64,000 bases of DNA from Spirochaetia bacterium (GCA_965199955.1 CBDATQ010000002.1:256001-320000); one strand, 5' to 3'; shown: positions 38,351-48,127, counted from the stretch's first letter. Numbers and translations: made by a program. The notes: generated by a model not told the origin, from the letters alone.

Positions 38351-39595
38351 ATGGACAGACGTGTGGTGGTTACGGGCCTCGGCGCCGTCACTCCCTTGGG
38401 CAACGACGTCGAGACGTTCTGGCGTGCCGTCAGGAACAACGAGAGCGGTATCGATCACATCTCGTCGTTCGATGTCTCGGACTACCCCTCGAAGGTGGGC
38501 GGCGAGGTCAGGGACCTCGACCCGTCGAAGTACCTGGACAGGCGCGAGGCGCGCCGCCTGGACCGCTTCGCGATGTTCGCGATGGTGACGGCGATCGAGG
38601 CGCTCGCCGACGCCGGGCTGGCGACCGATGACCTGGACGCGGAGCGCACGGGCTGCATCCTGGGGGTCGGCTTCGGCGGCATTCACACCCTGCACTCCGA
38701 GTTCAAGCACCTGTTCGACCGAGGCCCCAAGGCCGTGCACCCGTTGCTGGTGCCGAAGATGATCAGCAATATCGCGGCCAGCCACATCGCGATCAGGATC
38801 CACGCGCACGGCCCTTCCTACACGGTCGTGTCGGCCTGCGCGTCCGCCAACGACGCCATCGGCGAGTCGTATCGATGGGTCAAGGACGGGACGGTCGACA
38901 TCATGGTGACCGGCGGCGCCGAGGCGGCCGTCGCGCCGCTGGCCCTGTCCGGGTTCTCGGTGCTGCAGGCGGTCACGTCGTCGTTCAACGACGACCCCAA
39001 GCGGGCCAGCCGGCCGTTCGACAAGGACCGTGACGGCTTCGTCCTGGGCGAGGGTTCCGGAATGCTCATCCTGGAGGAGCTGGAGCACGCCAAGGCTCGC
39101 TCCGCGCCGATCTACTGCGAAGTGATGGGCTACGGCGTTACCTGTGACGCCAACCACCTGACCGCGCCCCACCCGCAAGGCAAGGGCGCCGTGAACGCGA
39201 TGAAGATGGCGATCGCGGGGAGCGGCCTGCAACTCGAGGACTTCGACTACGTCAACGCGCACGGCACCTCGACGCAGCTCAACGACTCGACCGAGACGCG
39301 GGCGATCAAGGAGGTGTTCGGCGATCACGCGGCCAGGATGAAGGTCTCGTCGACCAAGTCCATGATCGGGCACCTGCTCGGCGCGGCCGGCGGCGTGGAG
39401 GCGATCGCCACGATCAAGGGGCTGCAGGAACAGTTCTACCCGGCGACGATCAACTACGAGACGCCGGACCCCGAGTGCGATCTGGACTACGTGCCCAACC
39501 GCGGCCAGCCGGCTCCCATGCGCGCCGCGATCAACAACGCGTTCGGCTTCGGCGGTCACAACGCGGTGGTCGCCCTAAAGCGCTACGACGGCTGA
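38351..39595 (+). CDS. fabF: 3-oxoacyl-ACP synthase II
   Basis: RRVVVTGLG, SACAS, NAHGTST, KSMIGHLLGAAG, FGFGGHN. Confidence 0.95.
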   Translation: MDRRVVVTGLGAVTPLGNDVETFWRAVRNNESGIDHISSFDVSDYPSKVGGEVRDLDPSKYLDRREARRLDRFAMFAMVTAIEALADAGLATDDLDAERTGCILGVGFGGIHTLHSEFKHLFDRGPKAVHPLLVPKMISNIAASHIAIRIHAHGPSYTVVSACASANDAIGESYRWVKDGTVDIMVTGGAEAAVAPLALSGFSVLQAVTSSFNDDPKRASRPFDKDRDGFVLGEGSGMLILEELEHAKARSAPIYCEVMGYGVTCDANHLTAPHPQGKGAVNAMKMAIAGSGLQLEDFDYVNAHGTSTQLNDSTETRAIKEVFGDHAARMKVSSTKSMIGHLLGAAGGVEAIATIKGLQEQFYPATINYETPDPECDLDYVPNRGQPAPMRAAINNAFGFGGHNAVVALKRYDG

Positions 39596-39626
39596 CGGCC
39601 GGGGCGTCCGAGTAGGAACCGTAGCG

Positions 39627-40139
39627 GTGCGGATCGCCGTTGTCTCCGACACCCACGACAACTGGCCGGCGCTGGACGCCCTGTGCCGGGGCTTGGCCGA
39701 CATGGGGTGCACGCACCTGCTGCACTGCGGCGATGTCTGCGCGCCGCTCACGCTGCTGCGGTTGCTGGACGCGTTCGCCGGGCAGGTGGACCTGGTAGCC
39801 GGCAATGTCGACGGCGACCACTACCTGATGACCACGCGGACCGCCGGGAGGGAGAACTTCCGGTTCCACGGCGCGGAGCTTGCGGAGCTGGCAATCGGCG
39901 AGCGTCGCATCGCCATGCAGCACTACCCGCGCCTGGCACGGGCGCTCGCCTCCGGCGGGGAGTACGATGCCGTGTTCTACGGCCACGACCACGTACCCCA
40001 CGTGGAGCGGCTCGGCGCGGGCGGCCGTTCCGTGCTGCTGGCCAACCCGGGCACGCTGAGCGCCATGGGCCGGACGCCCACCTACGGCCTCTACGACCCG
40101 GCAAACAACGATCTGGAGCTGGTCGACCTGACGGTGTAG
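39627..40139 (+). CDS. YfcE/MJ0936-type metallophosphoesterase
   Basis: SDTHDN, HCGD, GNVD, GHDH, NPG. Confidence 0.9.
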   Translation: MRIAVVSDTHDNWPALDALCRGLADMGCTHLLHCGDVCAPLTLLRLLDAFAGQVDLVAGNVDGDHYLMTTRTAGRENFRFHGAELAELAIGERRIAMQHYPRLARALASGGEYDAVFYGHDHVPHVERLGAGGRSVLLANPGTLSAMGRTPTYGLYDPANNDLELVDLTV

Positions 40140-40145
40140 GGGCTG

Positions 40146-40507
40146 CTACGCGGCGAGCTTGTCGCGCAGCACGCCGATCTCATCCTCGGTCAGCCCGCAG
40201 TGCCGGCGCAGGTACCGCTCCACTCCGCCGTAGCAGGTGCGCCAGCCCGTTGCGGGCGGTGTGTCCGTAGTCAGCGGCGATGACCAACTCCGGCACGTCA
40301 GCAAGCGTCAACAGGAGAGCGGCGATCATGCCGGTACAGTCTTTGCCGCCCCGACAGGTCGTCGGCGCGGTAGAACACCCCGGAGCGGGTGTGGCCGCCA
40401 TCCCGGCGTGGCAGCCTGCCGAGATCGCGCATGTTGTAGAGCCCGCCCGCGGCCACCTCGCGCGGGGCGGTGAGCTCCTCGTAGGTCGGCAGGTGCACAC
40501 CGCTCAT
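40146..40507 (-). pseudogene. Tyrosine-protein phosphatase (Y_phosphatase3/PtpB-like) remnant with internal deletions
   Basis: Three pieces in different frames: NMRDLG...GVFYRADDLS / CRGGKDCTGMIAALLL...ADY / YGGVERYLRRHCGLTEDEI. Confidence 0.75.
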
Positions 40508-40545
40508 GTCGTGTGCTTCGGCGGGCTGGTGCGGCATCATCGACC

Positions 40546-40631
40546 TGCCGGCGGTCGGAGTCGAACCGACACGGGGGTTACCCCCCACCAGATTTTGAGT
40601 CTGGCATGTCTACCGATTTCATCACGCCGGC
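40546..40631 (-). tRNA. tRNA-Leu(CAA)
   Basis: GCCGGCG acceptor stem, CCAGA-CT-CAA-AA-TCTGG anticodon arm, long variable arm, GTTCGACTC T-loop; CCA not encoded. Confidence 0.95.
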
Positions 40632-40730
40632 CGTCGCGCGACCTCATCCGGTTGCGCGCGGGCGGCTCGTGCCCGGTTCCGTGCGGCCGCCACCGCCATC
40701 CTAACCGATGCGCGGGCGGGACGGTACGGC

Positions 40731-41417
40731 TCACGCGTCACCGATCGTGGTGCCGCGGTACGGTCGGCCTTCCAGGATCGCCCGCAGGTTGCCGGTGTCG
40801 CTGCCGGTGAAAATCACGGTCATGCCCTGCCGGCCGGCGGCGCGGGTGGCGACCGAGTCGAACGGCAGCCTGCTGCCGGGACGCCACTCACCATCGCTCA
40901 TCCGCGTAAGCTCCCCCCAGGTCACGTGGGTGAGCGGACGCGCGCCGGCGTCGAGCTTGGGATCGCCCGAGTAGACCATCGCCACGTTGGACATCTTGAT
41001 GACGGTCGATGCGGCGAAACGCCGTGCCAGCAGCACGGCGTCGTAGTCGGTGGAGAAGCCCGGTTTCCATCCGGCCGCGATCATCACCCGGCCGGGGAAG
41101 TCCGTGACGGCGGTCGGGTCGGTGATCACGGGGGCGCAGCAGTCCGGCGCGAATGCATGTCGCAGCAGTTCGCCATGCAGACGCGTGGCGGCGATGCCGA
41201 TCCAGTCCTGCGCGTCGTCGGACGGGGTCGACACGAGCCGGCGATAGGCGGTCTGGTAGTCGCGCGCCAGATCGCCGCCGCCGGTCACGACGATCGCCTT
41301 GTCGCCGGACGCGTCCAGGGCGCCGATCACGGCGGCGCGAAAGCCGGCGAGGTACGGGGTGGCGCCCGACTCACGCTCGATGAGCGACCCGGAGAGGTCG
41401 ATGACGTGAACGGACAT
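40731..41417 (-). CDS. pyrH: UMP kinase (archaeal/spirochaete type)
   Basis: VTGGGDLARDYQ, DWIGIAATRL, GWKPGFSTDYDA, DPK, PFD, GTTI. Confidence 0.9.
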   Translation of the reverse strand: MSVHVIDLSGSLIERESGATPYLAGFRAAVIGALDASGDKAIVVTGGGDLARDYQTAYRRLVSTPSDDAQDWIGIAATRLHGELLRHAFAPDCCAPVITDPTAVTDFPGRVMIAAGWKPGFSTDYDAVLLARRFAASTVIKMSNVAMVYSGDPKLDAGARPLTHVTWGELTRMSDGEWRPGSRLPFDSVATRAAGRQGMTVIFTGSDTGNLRAILEGRPYRGTTIGDA

Positions 41418-41520
41418 CGTCGCCGCGATGATACCACCGGCATGCGGGCCGGGTCCTCATGGGGTTGCCTCCGGGCATCGGCATGTCGTTATCATTGCGG
41501 AGCGGGGTGGCGACAGAGCG

Positions 41521-42270
41521 ATGGACCGTGACCTGACGGAGTTCCTCGCGGACTGGCAGTACGATGCTGACGACCAGTACCGTGTGATCAAGGCGCGCGA
41601 CGGGCGCCGCGTGCTGCAAGTGCGCAAACCGCTCGGCATCGAGCAGTACGAGCTGGACGGCCGGCCGGACGGCCTAAGCCCGTTCGGGAAGGAATCGGTG
41701 CTGACGGAGATGCTCGATCGCCTCGATGCCTGGGACGGCGCCGGCGAAGGAGGTTTCCTGATCGACCATGACGACTTCCTGCGCCTGCAGAACGAGGGAA
41801 TCCTCTACTACTACCGCTACCTGATCCTGTTTCAGATGGGCGATTTCGAACGTACCATCAGCGACACGGGCCACAACCTGCAGATCTGCGATCTCGTGGA
41901 GCGGTACGTCGAGGCAGCGGACGATCAGAACGAGATTCTGCAGTACCGGCCCTACATGATTCGAATGAACGCCATGGCGGACGCCATGCTGAAACTTGGC
42001 GCCGAGAATCCGGGCGCCGCCCGCGAAACCCTGCAGCAGGCAATCGACGACATCGGTGCGCTGGAGGAAGTCGACACTCCGACCTACCACTACGAGAGGC
42101 TGCGGTCACTTCAGTACCTCCGCACCGCCTTGAAGCAGATCAAGGTGCCTGCACAGACCGTGTTGGATCGGTTGAACAGCGCGTTGGATGAGGCGGTCGA
42201 GCAGGAAGCGTACGAGCGGGCGGCGGAGTTGCGGGACAGGATCCACGCCCTGCAGCAGCGTCGGACGTAG
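41521..42270 (+). CDS. UvrB/UvrC-motif-containing protein
   Basis: LGIEQYELDGRPDG; C-terminal UVR motif LDEAVEQEAYERAAELRDRI. Confidence 0.85.
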   Translation: MDRDLTEFLADWQYDADDQYRVIKARDGRRVLQVRKPLGIEQYELDGRPDGLSPFGKESVLTEMLDRLDAWDGAGEGGFLIDHDDFLRLQNEGILYYYRYLILFQMGDFERTISDTGHNLQICDLVERYVEAADDQNEILQYRPYMIRMNAMADAMLKLGAENPGAARETLQQAIDDIGALEEVDTPTYHYERLRSLQYLRTALKQIKVPAQTVLDRLNSALDEAVEQEAYERAAELRDRIHALQQRRT

Positions 42271-42281
42271 CCCGCAGCGGC

Positions 42282-43124
42282 ATGCGCGACGCAGCGCGGC
42301 GCAGGAGTCCCGCCCGGGCGCCGGATCGCCTGCCGCCCGAACGGCGTTGGGCTTGGTGGTCGGGCGCCGCCACCTTCCTGGTCTGGATGGCCGTGGCGGC
42401 GGATCTGGCGGCCGCCCAGGAACTGGTGACCGCCACGGTGTTCTTCGAGGACGTCGCCCGCAGATACGCGGCGATCCAGGACTATCAGGCGAACGTCGTG
42501 CTCGCCCGGCGCCGTGTCGGGCGGGTCGGCGACGACGGCGCGCAAGCCGGCGCGGCGTGGTGCGGCTCGGAGCAACGGGAGGTGGAGCTTTCGCGGATGG
42601 AAGGAGCCCTCTCATTCAAGGACCCGGACCTGCTGCGCATCGACTTCACCCTGCCGGCCGGCCAGGTGCTGGTGTCGGACGGAGCGATGCTGACGATCTA
42701 TATGCCCGCGTTGGACTACGTCATCGAGCAGCGGCTCACCACAGGGACTCCGGCGGCCGCCTCGCTGTCGCCGAGCCTGGCCGCCATGTTGGGCCTGCGC
42801 TTCCTCCGCGCAAACTACGGGATCGCCTACGAGAACGAGAAGGGACCGTATCCCGTGTCGCTGGGCGACGGATCCGGCCAGCAGGTGGTCAGGCTGCTGC
42901 TGGAACGCCGGGTCCCGGAGGAGGCGTTCGAGACCATCGAGGTTGCGGTCGGCGACGACAGGCTGATACGGTGCATCGTCGGCGAGTATCGTTCCGGGGA
43001 TCGGGTCGCCATCGAGTTCCGGGCGGTGCGCACCGACCAGTCGATACCGGACGCACGGTTCCGGTACGAGCCGCCGCCGGACGCGAACGTCTATCGCGAT
43101 CTGCTGCTCGGGGAAGCTGACTGA
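42282..43124 (+). CDS. lolA: Outer-membrane lipoprotein carrier LolA-like protein
   Basis: Signal-like hydrophobic stretch, FKDPDLLRIDFT, VLVSDG, IPDARFRYEPPPDANV; start uncertain. Confidence 0.8.
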   Translation: MRDAARRRSPARAPDRLPPERRWAWWSGAATFLVWMAVAADLAAAQELVTATVFFEDVARRYAAIQDYQANVVLARRRVGRVGDDGAQAGAAWCGSEQREVELSRMEGALSFKDPDLLRIDFTLPAGQVLVSDGAMLTIYMPALDYVIEQRLTTGTPAAASLSPSLAAMLGLRFLRANYGIAYENEKGPYPVSLGDGSGQQVVRLLLERRVPEEAFETIEVAVGDDRLIRCIVGEYRSGDRVAIEFRAVRTDQSIPDARFRYEPPPDANVYRDLLLGEAD

Positions 43125-43128
43125 GCCC

Positions 43129-43890
43129 ATGACTGAGGACGGTCCGGCACCCGCGGAGCACACGCCTCTTCTCGAGGCCCGTACGGCGCGAGGCATCTCG
43201 CTCGAGCAGGCAACACGCGACATCCACATCAGCAAGAGTTTCCTGGAGGCACTGGAGGCCGAGGAATACTCCGATTTCCCCGGTGATGCCTACATCACCG
43301 GGTTCATCCGCAGCTACGCCGGCTACCTGGAGCTGGATCCCGAGCCGCTGATCGAACGCTACCGGACGCAGCAGGCCGCCAGCTCGGCGGCCGCCGATGT
43401 CACACCGGGCCGCAGACGGTCGACGCTGGTGGCGGTGGTGGTGCTGGCGTTGCTGGTGTTCGCGGCCGGTGTGGCCGCATTGCTGCGCTGGGTGATTCCG
43501 CCGGCCGGCCTGGGCGGCCTGACCGCGGCCGAGCGGAGTGCGGAGCGACGGGCCGGGCTGACCGGCAATTCGTTCGTGATGACCGATGACGTGGCGATCC
43601 AGGTGCTGCCGGTCGGCACCGTGCTGCGGGTTCCGGTCGGGAACCGGCGCCACGACGTGCTGCTGGCCCGCTACGAGAACGGCCTGGTCATCGAGTACGG
43701 CGGGAACGAAGTGCTGCTTGCGGTCGGTGGAGAGCGCCTGCTCGACCTGGACGGAGACTCCCGGACCGATCTGCGCGTGCTGCTCAACGATGTCGATCGA
43801 ACCGTCGATCCGGTCCGGGTGCACCTCACCCTGCAGCTCGGCTCGGCCAGGGGTCAGGCGCTGGTGTCGATCCCGGCCGGGGCCGCCTGA
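43129..43890 (+). CDS. RodZ-like HTH membrane protein
   Basis: ARTARGISLEQATRDIHI...LEALE...YITGFIRSYAGYLELD, then one TM segment. Confidence 0.85.
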   Translation: MTEDGPAPAEHTPLLEARTARGISLEQATRDIHISKSFLEALEAEEYSDFPGDAYITGFIRSYAGYLELDPEPLIERYRTQQAASSAAADVTPGRRRSTLVAVVVLALLVFAAGVAALLRWVIPPAGLGGLTAAERSAERRAGLTGNSFVMTDDVAIQVLPVGTVLRVPVGNRRHDVLLARYENGLVIEYGGNEVLLAVGGERLLDLDGDSRTDLRVLLNDVDRTVDPVRVHLTLQLGSARGQALVSIPAGAA

Positions 43891-43939
43891 GCTGGCCGGT
43901 CGCACATTGCCGGGTACCGGGACCAGGGGCGGGACGACG

Positions 43940-46102
43940 CTGATCGAACACTATCTGGAGGTCTTGAACGAGCCTCAGAGGCGCGCCGTGGAGCACTGGG
44001 GCTGCCCGCTGCTCATCCTGGCAGGTGCCGGATCGGGCAAGACGCGGGCGATCACCACCAAGATCGCCTATCTGGCCGAGCGGCGCAGCATCCCGCCGTG
44101 GTCGATGCTGGCGGTGACCTTCACCAACAAGGCCGCCCAGGAGATGCGCGATCGCGCAACGGCGATGCTGCCGGCGGCGGCCGAAGCGAACATCCGCACC
44201 TTTCACTCGTTCTGCAACTGGCTGCTGCGACGCTACGGATCCAGGGCCGGCATCGACCCGGGTTTTTCGATACTGGATAGCGCCGACGCCCTCTCGGTCC
44301 TGCGCGACGCGTCCGGCGGTGGATGGGCCGCGGACGAGCTCAAGGCGGCCGCCGATTTGATCGCGCGCGCCAAGGATCACGGACTGCGCCCGAGCGACGA
44401 CCTGGACCGGCTCGGCGCGCCGGTGGACCTCCCGCTGAACGAGCTCTATGCCGCGTATCAGGAGCATCTGGAGCGCAGCAACGGGCTGGACTTCGGCGAC
44501 CTGATATTGCGTGCGATCGACCTGTTGTCGGACGAGGCCGGGGACGAGATCGCCGGGCGCTTCCGGGCGCTGCTCGTGGACGAGTATCAGGACGCGAATC
44601 GGGCTCAGTTCCAGCTCCTGCGCCTGCTGGCGCGTGGCGATGCCTACGTCTGTGCCGTCGGTGACGATGACCAGTCGATCTACGGGTTCAGGGGCGCCGA
44701 CGTGCAGGCGTTCCTGTCGTTCCCGGACCACTTCGCGGGGGCCGAGATCATCCGCCTGGAGCAGAACTACCGGTCCACCCCGCAGATACTGCAGGTCGCG
44801 GACTGCGTGGTGGCCGGCAATCGGGACCGCCTGGGCAAGAGACTGTGGACCGAGAACGGGAGCGGGCCGGCACCGCAATTGCACGAGCTGCCGGATCAGG
44901 AGGCGGAGGTCCGGCTGTGCTGTGAGCTGGTGGACCGGGACCCCGATCTGGAGACCGCGATCCTGTACCGGATGAATTTCCAGTCGCAGCCGTTCGAGAC
45001 TGCCTTCAGGCGGCTGCGCATCCCCTACCGGCTGGTCGGATCCATCGGCTTCTTCGAGCGCCAGGAGGTGAAGGATGCGCTCGCGTATCTGATCCTGACG
45101 GTCAACCCGGCCGACACCGTCGCGTTCAGGCGCGCGGTCGCGACCCCGCGGCGCTCGGTGGGTCCCAAGACGGTGCAGCGCATCCTTGCGGTGAGGACGG
45201 ATGCCTCCGCACGTCCCCAGGCCGAGACCCTGTTCGACGTCGGACCGCCTGCCGTGACCGTCGTCGACCGGGCACGGTCCGTGCACGGTACCTTGCCGCG
45301 CCGGGCGCGTGCCGGGATCGGGGCCTTTCTCGAACTGCACCGGGAGCTGTGCACGATGGCCGATCATGAGCCTGTGGCGTCGCTGGTGGCTGCCGCCTTG
45401 GAGCGCTCCGGCCTTGCCGAGCACTACGCCCGGCTGGACGAGGTGTCCGGCGGCAGCCGCCTGCGTAATCTGGAGCAGCTCGCCGCCAGCGCCGAGCCGT
45501 TCGGATCCGGGCCCGGGGAGCTGCGGCGCTTCCTGGAAGCGGCCGGGCTGCATGACTCCGGCGGCGAACGCGACGAGGAGCCCCGCGGGGCGATCCGTCC
45601 CGTCACGCTGATCACCATGCACAACACGAAGGGGCTGGAGTTCGAGCGGGTCGTGATCACCGGGCTGGAGGAGGGGGTGTTTCCGCTGCTGCCGGGCGAC
45701 CGCGCAGCCGATCCCGGTCGGCCCGACCCCGGTCGGGCCGACCGCGACCTGGAGGAGGAACGCCGCCTGTTCTATGTCGGCGTCACGCGGTCCCGGCGCC
45801 ATCTGCATCTCAGCACCTGCGCCCGCCGGACCGTGTTCGGGCAGCGGCGAGATCAGCAGATGAGCCGCTTCCTGTCGGAAATCCCCGACCGGCTGCTGGC
45901 CCGTGATGGTGCGAATCGCGGGCAGGGGGAGGCCGAGGACTTCCCGGCCGGAGCAGAGGTCTATCACGAGGACTACGGGAGCGGGATCGTCACCCGTCGC
46001 TGGAGCAGCGCCGGCACGTGGTTCGTGACCGTGCGGTTCGCCACCGAGCACGAGGCGTCGTTCGCGGTGCGCTACTCGGCCCTGGAACGGATCCGATCGT
46101 GA
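43940..46102 (+). CDS. UvrD/PcrA/Rep family DNA helicase
   Basis: LNEPQ, AGAGSGKT, TFTNKAA, VDEYQD, GDDDQSIY, QNYRS, KGLEF, EERRLFYV; start uncertain (CTG 43940 or TTG 43964). Confidence 0.92.
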   Translation: MIEHYLEVLNEPQRRAVEHWGCPLLILAGAGSGKTRAITTKIAYLAERRSIPPWSMLAVTFTNKAAQEMRDRATAMLPAAAEANIRTFHSFCNWLLRRYGSRAGIDPGFSILDSADALSVLRDASGGGWAADELKAAADLIARAKDHGLRPSDDLDRLGAPVDLPLNELYAAYQEHLERSNGLDFGDLILRAIDLLSDEAGDEIAGRFRALLVDEYQDANRAQFQLLRLLARGDAYVCAVGDDDQSIYGFRGADVQAFLSFPDHFAGAEIIRLEQNYRSTPQILQVADCVVAGNRDRLGKRLWTENGSGPAPQLHELPDQEAEVRLCCELVDRDPDLETAILYRMNFQSQPFETAFRRLRIPYRLVGSIGFFERQEVKDALAYLILTVNPADTVAFRRAVATPRRSVGPKTVQRILAVRTDASARPQAETLFDVGPPAVTVVDRARSVHGTLPRRARAGIGAFLELHRELCTMADHEPVASLVAAALERSGLAEHYARLDEVSGGSRLRNLEQLAASAEPFGSGPGELRRFLEAAGLHDSGGERDEEPRGAIRPVTLITMHNTKGLEFERVVITGLEEGVFPLLPGDRAADPGRPDPGRADRDLEEERRLFYVGVTRSRRHLHLSTCARRTVFGQRRDQQMSRFLSEIPDRLLARDGANRGQGEAEDFPAGAEVYHEDYGSGIVTRRWSSAGTWFVTVRFATEHEASFAVRYSALERIRS

Positions 46103-46950
46103 CCGCGCCCGACCCTGCCGCCCGCTCGCGGCTGGGGCGGCTGGAACCGATCCGCCGGGCGCGTGGCTATCGCCTGTACGACCATCGTGGCCGGCGCTTC
46201 CTGGACCTGTGGCAAGGCGGCGGCCGCGCTCTGCTGGGACACCGTCCGGATCGCGCGCTGGCGCGGATCAAGGGCGCCCTGTCCCAGGGGGTGAACGGCG
46301 GTCTGCCTTCGGTGTACGAGCGCCGGCTGTGCAATCGCCTCCGGCACCTCATCCCGGGCTTCGAGCCGCTGCTGACCGGCGGCGATGCCGAGGTGCGCGC
46401 GGTGCTGCAGCATCTCGGCGTCGCGGCAGGGGAGCTGCACGATCCCGCGGTCGAAGCCGGTCCGGCGGAAGCTCGCCTGGCGGGGATCTGGCGGCCGTTG
46501 CTCGGGCCGACGCCACCGCCCCCCCGATGGCGGGCCGTGGTGCCGGTGCTGCCGTCCACGATCGGGGATTCGCCGGCGCCGCTGTGCTTGCCGGCGGGGA
46601 CGGCGGCGTGCGAGCTGGAGCGGCTGATGATCACACCGGCGCCGCAGCCGGCGCCGCTTCTGGTAGCCGGTCTGGCCGGACTGGACCGGTTGCCGCGGTA
46701 CGGTGGTGCACCCTGGGCGCAGCGTGCATGGCCGGATACGCACGGATGCGCCGGCTGGGAGCGGCGAGGACCGTATGTGGCGGCGCGGTGCGATGAGGCC
46801 GTCTATGACGCCGTGTTCGACAGATTCCTGCGTGCGGGGATCCTGCTCTCCCCGTTCCACCCGGGACCGAGCATCCTGCCGGACGACGTCTCGGCCGGCG
46901 AGGCGGCGGCGCTGATGCGGTTGTTCGCCGAGAGTCCGGCAGACTCCTGA
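46099..46950 (+). CDS. Degenerate class III aminotransferase-like protein
   Basis: IRRARGYRLYDHRGRRFLDLW...LLGH N-terminus; no recognisable DEV or PLP-lysine motifs; GTGA overlap. Confidence 0.65.
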   Translation: MTAPDPAARSRLGRLEPIRRARGYRLYDHRGRRFLDLWQGGGRALLGHRPDRALARIKGALSQGVNGGLPSVYERRLCNRLRHLIPGFEPLLTGGDAEVRAVLQHLGVAAGELHDPAVEAGPAEARLAGIWRPLLGPTPPPPRWRAVVPVLPSTIGDSPAPLCLPAGTAACELERLMITPAPQPAPLLVAGLAGLDRLPRYGGAPWAQRAWPDTHGCAGWERRGPYVAARCDEAVYDAVFDRFLRAGILLSPFHPGPSILPDDVSAGEAAALMRLFAESPADS

Positions 46951-46957
46951 CAGACTC

Positions 46958-47653
46958 CTAGCGCCGTCCGAGCCGCAGGAGGAACAGGAACAGGTTGAGC
47001 ATGTCCAGGTAGAGCTTGAGCGCGCCGAGCACCGAAAGGCGGACGAATGTGGTCTCATCCATGGATCCGGCCTCGGCCTGCCAGCGCTTGATCACCTGGG
47101 TGTCGTATGCCGTCAGGCCCAGAAACAGCGCTACCCCGCCGATCGAGATCAGGAGATCGAGGATGCCGCTGCCGACCAGGAGGTTGACGACGATGGCGAT
47201 CATCAGGCCCAACAGGCCCATGCTCAGGAAGCTGCCGATGGACGTCAGGTCACGCTTGGTCACGTGGCCGTACACGCTCATCCCCGCGAACATGCCCGCC
47301 GCGATGAAGAACGCCTGAGCGATTTCCTGAGTGGTGTAGACGGCGGCGATCACCGACAGCGTGACGCCGTTGAGCGCCGCGAAGGCGATGAACCCGCCGG
47401 AGGCGGCGCCGACGCCCATGGTCATGATCCGGGCGCTCAGGAACCAGACCAGCGCCAGCTCGCCGATGATGAGCCCGAAGTACAGCATCGGGTTCCCCAG
47501 GATCGCTCTGAACAGCACGTCCTGGCTGACCACGAACCAGGCGACGGCGCCGCTCAGGACCAGTCCGCCGGTCATCCACAGGTAGACGTTGCTCAGCAGT
47601 CCGGTCTGGGCAGCGGCGTCGACACGGCCGTGTAATGCGTGTCGCTCGGACAT
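46958..47653 (-). CDS. Bax inhibitor-1/YccA family membrane protein
   Basis: VYLWMTGGL, TKRDLT, LTAYDTQ, GALKLYLDMLNLF; GGAGG before ATG 47653. Confidence 0.93.
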   Translation of the reverse strand: MSERHALHGRVDAAAQTGLLSNVYLWMTGGLVLSGAVAWFVVSQDVLFRAILGNPMLYFGLIIGELALVWFLSARIMTMGVGAASGGFIAFAALNGVTLSVIAAVYTTQEIAQAFFIAAGMFAGMSVYGHVTKRDLTSIGSFLSMGLLGLMIAIVVNLLVGSGILDLLISIGGVALFLGLTAYDTQVIKRWQAEAGSMDETTFVRLSVLGALKLYLDMLNLFLFLLRLGRR

Positions 47654-47818
47654 GGCTCCTCCCTGGCCCGGCGAAGCCCGCCGGGGCGTCCTCTTGCTTC
47701 GGCAATCAATGTCCTGCCGTTCACACCAGACGGTCAAGATCGGGCCGGTCAAGAGTGCCGCGGTTCCCGCCCCGCCGGCCACGGCGCGGGATGGAGGTGG
47801 CGAGGCGGGACGGTGCAT

Positions 47819-47847
47819 TTGCTTGACGCGCCGGGAGACGCTACCCT
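47819..47847 (+). promoter_or_regulatory. Sigma70 promoter of the rplM-rpsI operon
   Basis: TTGCTT, 17 nt, TACCCT. Confidence 0.5.
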
Positions 47848-47875
47848 TAGGGGACTCTCAGCGCACGAGGCGACG

Positions 47876-48127
47876 ATGATTGCTCTATTGGTGGGCTTGG
47901 TGCTCCTGTTGTTCGCGGTCTACTCGGTACTGCCGGTGCCGTGGTCCATGCAGTGGTGGCCGGACGTCATGGACTTCCTGAAGGGAGGCATCCCGGTGGT
48001 AGCCCTGCTCATCGGCTTGATCGCGCTGTTTGTCGGATTCGCGGATATCAAGGACAAGATGGAAGCCAAGAAGGAAGAACGCGAGGCGAAGGAGGCCGAG
48101 GCCCGCGGCTCCGGCTCGTCGACGTAA
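47876..48127 (+). CDS. Small 2-TM membrane protein
   Basis: MIALLVGLVLL...FLKGGIPV...GFADIKDKMEAKKEE; GAGG ribosome-binding site. Confidence 0.8.
   Translation: MIALLVGLVLLLFAVYSVLPVPWSMQWWPDVMDFLKGGIPVVALLIGLIALFVGFADIKDKMEAKKEEREAKEAEARGSGSST

Noticed and set aside
37445..39559. 704-aa minus-strand ORF
   Set aside because: Antisense shadow of fabG-fabF with no motifs.
40546..40631. tRNA-Leu as an island integration site
   Set aside because: No integrase, and I noticed no duplicated tRNA 3' end in the window.
43826..46051. 741-aa minus-strand ORF
   Set aside because: Antisense shadow of the helicase.
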